From Nitrospirales bacterium (GTDB lineage Bacteria > Nitrospirota > Nitrospiria > Nitrospirales > UBA8639), in contig OY820905.2 of the NCBI GenBank assembly GCA_963555755.3, positions 1,152,001-1,216,000 on the forward strand: a DNA stretch of 64,000 bases, in the 5' to 3' direction. Made by a program: the position numbers and the translations under genes. The stretch's first letter is position 1. Each line of letters begins with the position of its first letter. This document shows, in pieces, positions 1 through 9,685 of this stretch. Below the pieces are notes generated by a model. It made no database searches and was not told where the DNA came from. It was given only the letters and a program-made list of their open reading frames with translations.

Positions 1-1037
1 AACGTGGATTGCATCACCACCGACGCCCTCGCTCGTGCTTCACGTGATGTCACATGCCCCTCACGGCCGGATCGACTCACCACACCCACCACCCGTTCCT
101 GCAATCGGTCGACGATCTGGATATCACCACACCACCGCGCGTACACAAACAACGGGTCAAGAGAATCAATATCCCACACACGGACCATGCCTGTGATGAG
201 TAAATCCGGAACCTGATTGTTCAACGCTGCTTGAGGTTCAAGCCCTACTCCTGACGATGAGCGATCGGTCATCACCGGCAACCCTTCTTGCCCAAGCTTT
301 TGAACAATCGCCGATTTCACATCAGGAGATTGCTCCCCTTCGATTCGCACCTCAACCAGAAACTGTTCCGTAACAAACGCATCAAGCTCCTGGACCAACT
401 CACTCAATCGATACCGGGCAGGAATGCCACTTCCACTTTCTCGAATGACTCGAAGATCCTCATTCACCACCTCTCGCTCATGCCAGACCTGAATGGCATG
501 CTTCAACTTTCCAATGCGGATAAGTTTACCCGAGCTATTCCGAGACACCTGAAGATCATCGTCAATGGTTTGATCATACGCGTGAATTTTTTCTACTAGA
601 CCTCGTTCCACCTGTTGCCGATCAAGCCCCGCCAACACATACATTTCCCTGGTGTCAGGGTGGATCCATCGCGCCAAGACCTGCACATTATTCAGAACCT
701 TGTTGGTCGTCACCTGCGTGGACCGTTCCAACGCCAACTCTCGTCGGGTGTGGGTTGAGCCATCTGCCTCCACTAAGCGAAAAGCCTCGGTATCATGAAC
801 CCGCGATTGCACATGCGCCGAAAAAATTTTGGCCACTGCAGCATACGCCCGTTCTTCAGCTACTGCTTGAGATGCCCCATGCCCAACCCCAACCAGGTAT
901 CGGGCAGATGGATACTGCTCGTTTGATCCCATCACCCAAGAAGGGCGTTCCACCGACGAAAATATGGCACACCCACTCATCCCGAGATACAATCCTACTA
1001 CAACAATGAATCTGATATGTTGGGCCATCGAATTCAT
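1..1037 (-). CDS. LPP20-like lipoprotein (3' end outside window)
   Basis: Manual translation from ATG at 1037 (MNSMAQHIRFIVVVGLYLGMSGC..., lipobox, then PSWV...YLVGVG) stays open toward the window edge; absent from the ORF track. Confidence 0.7.
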   Translation of the reverse strand, partial: MNSMAQHIRFIVVVGLYLGMSGCAIFSSVERPSWVMGSNEQYPSARYLVGVGHGASQAVAEERAYAAVAKIFSAHVQSRVHDTEAFRLVEADGSTHTRRELALERSTQVTTNKVLNNVQVLARWIHPDTREMYVLAGLDRQQVERGLVEKIHAYDQTIDDDLQVSRNSSGKLIRIGKLKHAIQVWHEREVVNEDLRVIRESGSGIPARYRLSELVQELDAFVTEQFLVEVRIEGEQSPDVKSAIVQKLGQEGLPVMTDRSSSGVGLEPQAALNNQVPDLLITGMVRVWDIDSLDPLFVYARWCGDIQIVDRLQERVVGVVSRSGREGHVTSREARARASVVMQST

Positions 1038-1761
1038 TTCTCTATTCCGCCGTGTACACGGTCATAAATCGTGTTTCGCCAGGCTGCACGGTCATGGGAT
1101 ATTCTGTGGAGGCACCTATGGATTCGCCATGCCGACCTCGTGATTGATACGTCAACGTCATTGACCCGGGAGGCACAGAAAATCGAGAGACATGAATTTC
1201 ATCCGGAAGCGTACGCCAACTTCGCTTGTCCGCTTCTTCGGTGGTCATAGCCACAACTTTCAACAATGCCGATACCACCGCCTGGATGAAATTCCTCGTC
1301 TTCTCGTCTTTGGCGGCTGCCCCGGCGCCATAGCCAATGCCCTCAGCCGCTGACATTTTTAATGCCGCCCGGGCCACTGCACGCACGGTCACACTTATCA
1401 GTCGATCTGCAAGATTCTTCTTGGCCGCAGCCGTCACGCTGTTCATCAACTCAGTCTGATGTGTCTCTTGTCTTCCGTCTCGAACCACCCGAACTTGTCC
1501 ATACGCCACACGAGTCTTCTGCGGCACCACCCGAGGAAGAGAGATTCTCACAATTTCCCCTTGGAGTCCATAGAGCACGGCATCCACTCCACCCGCACGT
1601 TGCGGACGGCGCCTTCCCAGTTGTTTGGTCGTCAGCAACAGGGACAAGGCCTCCAAGCTGATCGGCACATCAATAAACCGGTCTTGAAGACGAGGAGCCC
1701 GGCCATGATAGCTAATGACTATGATCTCTGCCTGATCGCTCGTTGATCCTGATTCCCACGA

Positions 1762-2773
1762 TATGCCTTCCCATTTAACTAAGGTTGCTTCAGTTTATTG
1801 AATCCCAAGGGTTTTGAGCTGCTGGTCAGGATTTTCAACAAACTCTGGAAGGTACTCATTGGAGTCTCACGGCGGTTATAGCGAAAGACAAACTCATCAA
1901 GATAGTGTTGCAGGTATTTTGAATCCACTCCATGGTGAATCCCGTTCAGCCAGGTCTGCAGATTGCCGAACGCTCTATGGATGTGTGGAGCGTGCTTCCC
2001 AGCACTTGCTGGGTCACCCTGGGTCCGTCTCAGGTGTTCGTATCCTGCCAAGGCTTTTGCCGAGTATCCCTTCCAACCATCGGACTTGATCTTACTGCCC
2101 TCAGCGACATGGCTATTGAGGAATGCTTTGATCTCGTTCTCTCCAGCGTCTTGAAGAATCGCTAATCGTAAACGCCCTGCTTTCTCTCGAAAGTGATCCC
2201 CTTGTGTGTACGTGACAATTTCTACGGCTCCGGCTATTAACGTCTTGGTTTTCGCTTTCGCGACGCCACGGCCCGTTTTGCCTTTTACCGGTCCACCGAT
2301 ATGGGTTTCATCGGCTTCAACTGTTCCTGCGAGCCGTTCACGGTTCTGTCGTACCATTCCTCGTCGCAATCTGTGGAGCAAATACCAGGCGCTATCCACC
2401 TTCTTGATACTGAGTTGACGCTGCAATTGCACAGCACTGATGCCAGGTGTGTGCGTGGAGACGAAATAGGCAGCCCAAAACCAAAGCCGTAGCGGCAAGT
2501 GCGATCTATGCATCACTGTGCCGCTTAGCGGTGATGTCTGTCTATGACACGACGAACACTCAAACCGGAAATATTTTTTGAGCCACCAACCACCGCGATG
2601 ACCGCAAGCTGGACACATAAACCCGTCTGGCCACCGAATCGCCCGCAAGTACTCGAAGCACGCTTCTTCGGTGTGGAACCTAACAGAAAAATCCAAGATA
2701 TCAGCAGCATACCCTGTGTCCATAGTCCAGCAGACTAGTCTAGGGACTAACCTTAGTCAAATGGGAAGGCATA
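1762..2773 (-). mobile_element. IS1595-family insertion sequence, 1012 bp
   Basis: 25-bp TIR tatgccttcccatttaactaaggtt / aaccttagtcaaatgggaaggcata (1 mismatch); 8-bp TSD tcccacga at 1754-1761 and 2774-2781. Confidence 0.95.
1779..2723 (-). CDS. IS1595-family transposase
   Basis: N-terminal Zn ribbon (CPAC...CSSC), VEADET, SDGW, YLDEFVFRYNRR motifs. Confidence 0.95.
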   Translation of the reverse strand: MDTGYAADILDFSVRFHTEEACFEYLRAIRWPDGFMCPACGHRGGWWLKKYFRFECSSCHRQTSPLSGTVMHRSHLPLRLWFWAAYFVSTHTPGISAVQLQRQLSIKKVDSAWYLLHRLRRGMVRQNRERLAGTVEADETHIGGPVKGKTGRGVAKAKTKTLIAGAVEIVTYTQGDHFREKAGRLRLAILQDAGENEIKAFLNSHVAEGSKIKSDGWKGYSAKALAGYEHLRRTQGDPASAGKHAPHIHRAFGNLQTWLNGIHHGVDSKYLQHYLDEFVFRYNRRETPMSTFQSLLKILTSSSKPLGFNKLKQP

Positions 2774-3590
2774 TCCCACGAAATCTCAGGAAATGCTTGC
2801 TGATATTCAGCATGTTCATTCGAAAGATTCAATCGATGCGTGATCCGCAATAAATCTTGCTTCACTCTTTGGGGAATCGGCACTTCCGACCACGGCTGGG
2901 CACCTTGATACGCTTCATACGCTTTGCGATAGGCCACGAAGGCATTACTCAAATCCCCGCTCGCTTCATATAGAACACCCGTCAAATATCGGGCAAACGG
3001 ATCTTCATGATAATCTTCTTCGTCAACGGTGTCGGTCAAGACATTGAGCCGATGATCAACCTTCCGCGCCTCAACCAGTGCCTCGTCCATGTCCCCTAAC
3101 CGGGCATAGTTCAACGCATTGATCACATTGATCAACACTTGCTCCTACGGATCACCACGAAAGGGGCGCTGGGTATCATTGACTAATAACGACAACGCTT
3201 CATTGCGAAGGCGGCGCGTATACAAATCTTCGACCAACGCATCAGCCAGTTCCAAAAACTCAGTGCTTTCTTCATAGCGACCTGCCAAATGAAGCGTCAT
3301 CCCACGATCCATCAAAAACAACAGCCGGCTTTTTGATCCATAGCCAGCCTCAGCCTTCTCAATGATCGAAACCGCCTTGTTGGAGTTCCGCTGACCCAAG
3401 CTAGCCGATAATGTATCGTAATGGGAAAGGCGCCCCGCACACCCCTCCATCAACAGAAGGGATAGGATCACAAGAAAAAATACGGAGCCTGAAAAATTAA
3501 GAGGAAAGAAAAACGAGGACTGTGGTGGATGGGAAAAGGATCGGGAAAAAGAGCTAGAAGGCGGCTCAGCATGTGACAGGAATTTCACTA

Positions 3591-3881
3591 GGAGGCTGTC
3601 CGACATTAGGGATCGTCGCGAGATTGTGCTGGTTTGAGACAGATTTTTCGATCGTTTGAGGCGAATAGTGGTGACTATTTAACGAAAACGGGGAAGGTTG
3701 AAAAAGGCTGTCCAGCAAGCCCGCAGGGCTTTTGGCGCGCGGAGCGTACACGGAGTACGTGAGCACGCCAAAAGCCCGAGAACGCAGCTGGCGGCCTTTT
3801 TCAACCTTCCCCGAAAACGATCGGAAAAGCTGGCCACCTCCAGCGCAATCACAGTCGATCCGCTCATGTCGGACAGCCTCC
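3591..3881. repeat. Hairpin element family B carrying a nested family C element
   Basis: TIR ggaggctgtccgaca / tgtcggacagcctcc; matches the empty 162-bp copies at 42375 and 55480. Confidence 0.85.
3689..3813. repeat. Hairpin element family C (nested in B)
   Basis: cggggaaggttgaaaaaggc ... gcctttttcaaccttccccg with core cggagcgtac-N5-gtacgtgag. Confidence 0.85.
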
Positions 3882-3884
3882 TAA

Positions 3885-4041
3885 GGGTTCGCGCAAGAAT
3901 AACTTCCCCTGTTTGGGTGCTGAGACGCCTGTCTGGCAAGGCGCGAGGACTGCGCATACTCCTCGTATGGAAAGGACGAGCAACGCCGCCAGACGGGATG
4001 GATCGACGCCCAAACAGGGGAAGTTATTCTTGCGCGAACCC
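3885..4041. repeat. Hairpin element family A, 157 bp
   Basis: 33-bp perfect TIR gggttcgcgcaagaataacttcccctgtttggg; TAA on both flanks. Confidence 0.9.
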
Positions 4042-4055
4042 TAAACATCAGTCAG

Positions 4056-4670
4056 CTAAAAAAGCGTACGCTTCCGTTCGATGACTTTTTTTATCTTATG
4101 CTGTCCATACCAAGATTTGACGTTATCGGCGAGGCTCACCAATTCTAAATCAACCTGATAGAAAATCGCCTTGGTCCCCTCAGCCTCATCTTGAATGGTC
4201 GAAATCCGACCTTTCATCATATAGTCGGCTCCGATCTCACGCCCTGGAGCCTTTTGAGTATCGTCACGAGAATGGGTAGCCTGGTCGAGACGTTCTTCCC
4301 GAATTTCCTGGCGTTCGGATTTGTCAGCCACAAATGTGACCTTTTGACTGTTCGTCATTTCCCGCTCCAAGTCGGTGATAAACGTTTGCGTATTAATATG
4401 TTCGTGGCTGAGATTTTGGACGGTCCCAACAATCACGACTGGTTGCCGGCTTTCACGCGTGGTGAACTGATTCAACCACGGACGCGATAACATCTCGGTA
4501 ATCATTTTTTCGGCCACTTGTTTGGAGTCGGTGTCATTCCACCGACCACTCAAATCGGTGATCACACCGGTATCGACCCGCGTCACGCGTTTTTCCGTGC
4601 CACAACCGGAAAGAAGGACTGTCAACAACCCTAGCGCGAGAAACCACGAAAACTGTCGAATCATGTTCAT
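4056..4670 (-). CDS. lpoB: Penicillin-binding protein activator LpoB-family lipoprotein
   Basis: Lipobox LSGC; DLSGRWNDTDS and GADYMMKGRI...FYQVDLELV motifs; start approximate. Confidence 0.75.
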   Translation of the reverse strand: MNMIRQFSWFLALGLLTVLLSGCGTEKRVTRVDTGVITDLSGRWNDTDSKQVAEKMITEMLSRPWLNQFTTRESRQPVVIVGTVQNLSHEHINTQTFITDLEREMTNSQKVTFVADKSERQEIREERLDQATHSRDDTQKAPGREIGADYMMKGRISTIQDEAEGTKAIFYQVDLELVSLADNVKSWYGQHKIKKVIERKRTLF

Positions 4671-4711
4671 AGCAAGTAACCACTCCAATATTATTCGATT
4701 CGCGATAATCC

Positions 4712-5290
4712 TTACTCGGAAGGCGCGCTGACTTGGCGCTTGGCCTCCTCTTGTTCCAATCGATCAAAAATACGTTCCCCGTTTTTCTTGACGAAATTCT
4801 TGACCTCTTTATCAAGTTCATTCGCTTGGGACAACGCCTCCTTCATATCCTTGAAAGACAGCTTGGCCAACACATAGTACATGTTCTTATCTTCATCTTT
4901 ATACCGTTCAATTTGTCGAACGCCGTTGAGAGTGACTGCCGTGAACGTTTTAATCGCACGCTGCACATCCTGTTCCGCAGACACACCTGAGGTTTCCGTG
5001 GTTGCCGTGGTCGCCACATAGTCCCTCATTAAATATGCGGTATAGGTTTCAAAACTTTTGGCTACTTCGGCACGAGCACGGTTTTCGGCAATTTCCCAAG
5101 CAATAGATTCCAGCGGCACTTTTTCAACAGTACCCACGCCGTAAATCGCCTTACTGTCGTCCCGATTCATGACACCTGACCCTTCCTGGACCCAGTCAGG
5201 GGCACCACCACATCCGGAGAGGAGCAAGCCCACCATCAGGCATCCACCCAAAACTAGACCATTCCATTTAGTCAGTGAATTACGTTTCAC
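4712..5290 (-). CDS. LPP20-family lipoprotein
   Basis: RBS gaggag before GTG at 5290; lipobox LSGC; PDWV...YGVG...AENRARAEVA. Confidence 0.75.
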   Translation of the reverse strand: MKRNSLTKWNGLVLGGCLMVGLLLSGCGGAPDWVQEGSGVMNRDDSKAIYGVGTVEKVPLESIAWEIAENRARAEVAKSFETYTAYLMRDYVATTATTETSGVSAEQDVQRAIKTFTAVTLNGVRQIERYKDEDKNMYYVLAKLSFKDMKEALSQANELDKEVKNFVKKNGERIFDRLEQEEAKRQVSAPSE

Positions 5291-5352
5291 GGATACCCTC
5301 CTCGATCGTGGGAAGTGGGCGGACGAAAATTGCGGCACCCACCGCTATGCAA

Positions 5353-7256
5353 CAGGGCCATTTCATTCTTTTTATAAGCAAGGGATTCCATGAGGTTTTT
5401 TGTGCGCTCTTTTTCAGGGCAGGGCCATGCGGATGGCTAAATGGGGCTTGCCCCAGAGCAGTCTACACGCCTGCGCGATATTGGTGTAGCCTTTCAGGCG
5501 TAAGAGACTGATGGCATAGCGTCTCAGACAGGTCATGACCATTGGGCCATTGAGACTTCGTATCTGACTCCTGTCTTCATCAAAGGTGACGTCCAACACA
5601 TAATGCTGCTTATTCTCCACACTCCAATGCTTTCGGTTTTGCGAGAGGATGGTCTTCGGCCCCGCCTTGTCTTTGGACTGACTCGTGACACCGCAGACCG
5701 CTTCGACGGTCGTGAGGCCCTGCTTGAGATGCGTCACTTCCCTCTCAATGCAGAAGACTTGCTGGACATGAGGAAAGTTGACATAGGCATTCAGGGAGTC
5801 ATCGCACCAGATCCTGCGGGTCGTGATCTGCCCATGGCCTTTCTCGGTGGTGGCATAATCGCACCGGCGTGCTCGCAACGCTAAGGCCTCAATGTCGTGC
5901 TTCAAGGTGGGCTGGTTTCCCTTGACGGTGAAGACGAAGTCGGCGCCGCGTTCGTGCACCAGGTACTCGGCAATCTCTTTCTGGGTGAGGAGCGCATCCG
6001 CCGTGATCACCTTCCCTGCGATCTCGAGCGCATCTAACAGGGGCCGCACGCAGGGGATCTCATTGGTCTTGGAGTGAACTTTTTTTGGGTGAGGTGGCGC
6101 CCGGCTTGATGGGTGACGGCGCTGAGGACGTGGGTCTGTTCGCTTGGGACCTTCGACGTCCCCCGCATGGTCTTCCCATCAATGGCAATGCCCTGATCCT
6201 CCCCGCCGAAGGTGTCCAGCCACCGGCCGAGCAGGGTATCGACTTCACAGGGGTCGACGGCCGTGATAAAGCGGTAAAGAGTGCTGCGGCTCGGGACGAG
6301 GTAGCGCCCCCCTCGCTGAGTACAGCCTAGCCGCTTGCGCATCGGCTGCGATAACTGCTGGGCCCAGTCCGAGATCGCTTCATAGCCGCGCGCGCCGCAC
6401 AAGGTGGCACAGAACATGATCGCCGTGAGGGCGCGTCGGGTGTGCCGTTGCCCTTGCAAATGGCGGGGATCGGTCAGCTGCACCACATACGTAAAGAGGG
6501 AGTCCGTCTGTTTTGTATTCAATCTCATCTGAGGCGCTTCTCCTTTCTGATAGGGCTGATCAAGCATCGGGCGTGCAAGGATCTCTCGGGCTTGGGGATG
6601 CAGCCGCACGACTAGGATGCGCTTCGGTCTCTCATGCTGAACATAACACGTGTTCGACTTGCGAAACCCTCGTGTCAGACCGAGCTCGTGCCACCCGGCG
6701 GCCCGATAGCAGGTCCCGGTGAAGCGGGCAGGATCGACGAAGGTCTCTAAGAGGAGCAAGGGGTAGCCGTGGTACAGTTGCCAATCGGCCGAGATCCGTT
6801 TCGCGCAGAGCGACAGGACTTTCGAGGCGAGGTTCTTTTGCGAACAGCCCGGCAGCATGAGAAACCAGGTGTTGTTGGCCAGTAAATGGAGTCGTTGCCA
6901 TTGAAAACAGGGGGGCCAGCCGATCCAGTGGTCTCGCGGTCTCGATTTGAGGGCCGCCGCCGCAAACACCAGCAAGGCCAGCCAGCGATCCTGCACACAG
7001 GCGAGATATTGTATCGATTGGCCAATCAGCGGGGCATGACCGAGGTAGTGGTGTCTGTCGAGAAGGGTCTTGAAGGCGTCCTTTTCGTCTCGGACAATTG
7101 GGCGAACCACGACTTGCCTCAGATCAATGTCCGGCTGTCCGCTTGGCGATTCGTCTGGCATGCAAAAGAGTATGCCGTAAACGAAAAGAAAAAGCCAGCC
7201 TAAATCGATTATTCCTTATTATCTATAAAGTTACACTTTAATATGAAATAGCCCTG
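5353..7256 (-). mobile_element. ISAs1-family insertion sequence, 1904 bp
   Basis: TIR cagggccatttcat / atgaaatagccctg; 9-bp TSD gctatgcaa at 5344-5352 and 7257-7265. Confidence 0.9.
5414..7161 (-). CDS. ISAs1 transposase with N-terminal DUF4338-like domain, two ORFs joined by a -1 frameshift near 6080
   Basis: IAIDGKTMRG in ORF1; KTNEIP, TADALLTQ, KGNQPTL, HWSVEN and LDVTFDED in the -1 frame; slippery A AAA AAG at the junction; N-terminal HHYLG and LLETFVD. Confidence 0.85.
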
Positions 7257-7420
7257 GCTATGCAAACAGACATTAGAGAAAACCTATGAAAAAATGCTAA
7301 CATGGACCCCCTACCCTGTCAAGAAAATCAAAAATGAAAAGCCTCGTCATTACAGAGGATTACGAGGAATGTAAACAAGAAAGGCCAAAGGCGTGGCCTG
7401 AAGCTAAAGGAGGACGTATC

Positions 7421-7585
7421 GTGGCTGAAGTGAAAATTGACGATGGAATTATTAAAGTTGTGGGCTTAGAAATTCAAGATCCCAAGGTCGCAAAAATTTT
7501 GGCAGAATATCCTGAAAATCGGTGGTGTGAAATTACCAGACGGGCAGTCAAAATCGGCTTGGGCTTCTTAAAAGGCGGCGCATAA
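7421..7585 (+). CDS. Small hypothetical protein (54 aa)
   Basis: Strong RBS aaaggagg before GTG 7421. Confidence 0.6.
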   Translation: MAEVKIDDGIIKVVGLEIQDPKVAKILAEYPENRWCEITRRAVKIGLGFLKGGA

Positions 7586-7803
7586 GATTAACTCTAGTGG
7601 TTCCATCAACAGACTGCCTACCCAAAGGCTGGTGAAAAGAATGGTCATGGGAAAGCGATTATGTATTTTATGAATTTTTCCTGGTAAAGCACTCGTGTTC
7701 TGTTAGGCTTCTGTTTTAAAGCCTGCCCTAAAAAATGACGACATGGTGGAAGTAGAAACTCCCCTTCATTTATGTTGCCCCCTGTTTAGGAAAAATGGAA
7801 AAT

Positions 7804-7993
7804 GGGCCTGTTGAATATTTCACTCCAACAGCAAGTAAAAGCTCCACACGAGCCACGCATAGTCAGGGGGAGGGAATGTTCAAAAAAGTTCGTCCAGCAA
7901 GGCCGCAGCCCTTTTGACGCGCGGAGCGTACTCATAGTACGTGAGCACGACAAAAGGGCGAGAACGCCGCTGGCGGCTTTTTTCAACATTCCC
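7804..7993. repeat. Hairpin element family C, long form
   Basis: gggcctgttgaatatttca...gggaatgttcaaaaaag...core...tttttcaacattccc; same left extension as the copy at 19663. Confidence 0.8.
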
Positions 7994-8025
7994 AAAATAT
8001 GAATTCGGCATGCAGGATTGATGAC

Positions 8026-9549
8026 ATGCTCACTCAACACGATCGGGACTACCTGGTAGCCAGAGGCACATCTGTTGAAACCGTAAAACACCAACTCGCC
8101 ATTTTCCAACGCGGCATTCCGTTTACCACCATTTCAAAACCATGCATAGTCAATGACGGGATCCAACACATTGCCGAAACCGATCTTGCAACACTCAAAC
8201 GAACATTTAGCCACGCCATGACTGCGGGACGGGTCACGAAATTTGTCCCAGCCTCAGGCGCAGCCTCCCGAATGTTTAAAGGGCTTTTGGCTTGCTGCAC
8301 GGATGAGGCCACCGCACCATCAGACAACGCCAGTTTACAGTCCTTTTTAGACCACCTTTCGGATTTTGCTTTTTTTGAAGACTTATCCAATACACTCACC
8401 AAGCAGGGACATCAGCTAGAGGACATCCACACCCGTGGACAATACCAACCAATCCTAGAAGCGTTGCTCCACCCAGCAGGACTCAATTATGCCAAACGAC
8501 CCAAAGGCCTCCTGAAGTTTCACCGATACCCTGACCACATACGAACCCCGATTGAAGAACATTTAATGGAAGCGGCGGTCTACGCCAAAAATATGAGCAA
8601 TCAAGCCCATCTACATTTCACGATTTCACCCGAACATCAAGAGGCTGTTCAAGAACATATTGAATCAGCCCGTCAACGATTCAAGCACGATGACCTCGAT
8701 TGGGTTGTCACATGCTCCCTACAAAAATCTTCAAGCGATACGATTGCCGTTGACATGAAAAACCAGCCTTTTCGCGACCACGAGGGCAATCTCCTCTTCC
8801 GTCCAGCTGGCCATGGTGCCCTCCTTTCAAATGTGAATGAACTGCAGGGGGACATTGTCTTCATTAAAAATATCGACAACGTCGTTCCCGACCATCTCAA
8901 GGAAGAAACCTACACGTATAAACGCGCCTTGGGTGGTTGTCTCATTACAATCCAAGAGACACTCTTTGCGTATCTCCGGCAGCTCGAAACGGAAACCATC
9001 ACGGCAATACACATTGACGACATAGCCCAATGGACACAATCAGCCTTGTATTGGACAAGCCCTCCACAGTGGGAAAATTGGGACCTCACACAGCGCATCA
9101 CATGTCTCCGACAATTTTGCAACCGCCCGATTCGAGTCTGTGGCATGGTCAAGAATACGGGCGACCCTGGTGGCGGACCGTTTTGGGTCAAACATGAAGA
9201 CGGCTCAACGTCCCTTCAAATAGTTGAATCCTCACAAGTGGACCCGCAATCCTCGGAACAACAACACATCTTTGCCTCTTCAACACACTTCAATCCTGTG
9301 GATATGGTTTGCGGAGTTCGCGACTACCAAGGAAACCCTTTTGACCTGAGTCAGTTTGTTGATCCCGATGCAGGGTTTATTTCACAGAAGTCCTACGAAG
9401 GTCGTGAGTTGAAAGCACTCGAACTTCCGGGCCTCTGGAATGGAGCCATGGCCAAGTGGCACACCATTTTCGTGGAGGTCCCACGGCCCACCTTTAACCC
9501 AGTCAAAACTGTCCTCGACCTCCTCTTGCCCGCTCATCAGCCACAATGA
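8026..9549 (+). CDS. DUF4301 family protein
   Basis: KFVPASGAASRMFK, FRPAGHGALL, THFNPVD, ALELPGLWNGAM motifs. Confidence 0.9.
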   Translation: MLTQHDRDYLVARGTSVETVKHQLAIFQRGIPFTTISKPCIVNDGIQHIAETDLATLKRTFSHAMTAGRVTKFVPASGAASRMFKGLLACCTDEATAPSDNASLQSFLDHLSDFAFFEDLSNTLTKQGHQLEDIHTRGQYQPILEALLHPAGLNYAKRPKGLLKFHRYPDHIRTPIEEHLMEAAVYAKNMSNQAHLHFTISPEHQEAVQEHIESARQRFKHDDLDWVVTCSLQKSSSDTIAVDMKNQPFRDHEGNLLFRPAGHGALLSNVNELQGDIVFIKNIDNVVPDHLKEETYTYKRALGGCLITIQETLFAYLRQLETETITAIHIDDIAQWTQSALYWTSPPQWENWDLTQRITCLRQFCNRPIRVCGMVKNTGDPGGGPFWVKHEDGSTSLQIVESSQVDPQSSEQQHIFASSTHFNPVDMVCGVRDYQGNPFDLSQFVDPDAGFISQKSYEGRELKALELPGLWNGAMAKWHTIFVEVPRPTFNPVKTVLDLLLPAHQPQ

Positions 9550-9685
9550 TGTGGTGCCAAGAAATTCTCTTGCAGGAAGACAAGAACCGCATCATAATAA
9601 AACCGATCAATCAGGGCCGTTTCTGATTCAGCGATATCGACAAATCCCAACGGCAAAATATCTTTACATTCAAGAGGACTCACCC

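Larger units (their letters stand above)
1042..3606 (-). pseudogene. COG3014-like TPR lipoprotein, broken by an in-frame TAG (3145) and an IS1595 insertion
   Basis: Three fragments (3145-3606, 2774-3144, 1042-1761) rejoin in frame once the IS and one TSD are removed (FPEISW|ESGSTSDQAEII); GDP*EQVLIN read across the stop; C-terminal ADKRSWRTLP motif; start uncertain. Confidence 0.8.

Noticed and set aside
3145..3147. Recoded amber codon (pyrrolysine or readthrough)
   Set aside because: Most simply a Tyr-to-TAG mutation in a gene also broken by an IS; TAG is a normal stop elsewhere in the window (nuoG, nuoH, nuoN)
3566..4084. Recurring short ORFs such as RVRARITSPVW..., KKAVQQARR... and MFRQKDPKPFSPVRG (also at 16569-17010, 22385-22923, 24250-24655, 30743-31029, 34703-35007, 35853-36252, 37933-38318, 56730-57184)
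   Set aside because: They are translations of palindromic non-coding repeats, not a protein family; frames and starts are inconsistent between copies
9440..9685. N-terminal extensions given by the ORF track for acs (also recO, nuoN, nuoM and the IS110 recombinase)
   Set aside because: They overlap neighbouring genes or repeats; downstream ATGs with an RBS or conserved N-termini fit better
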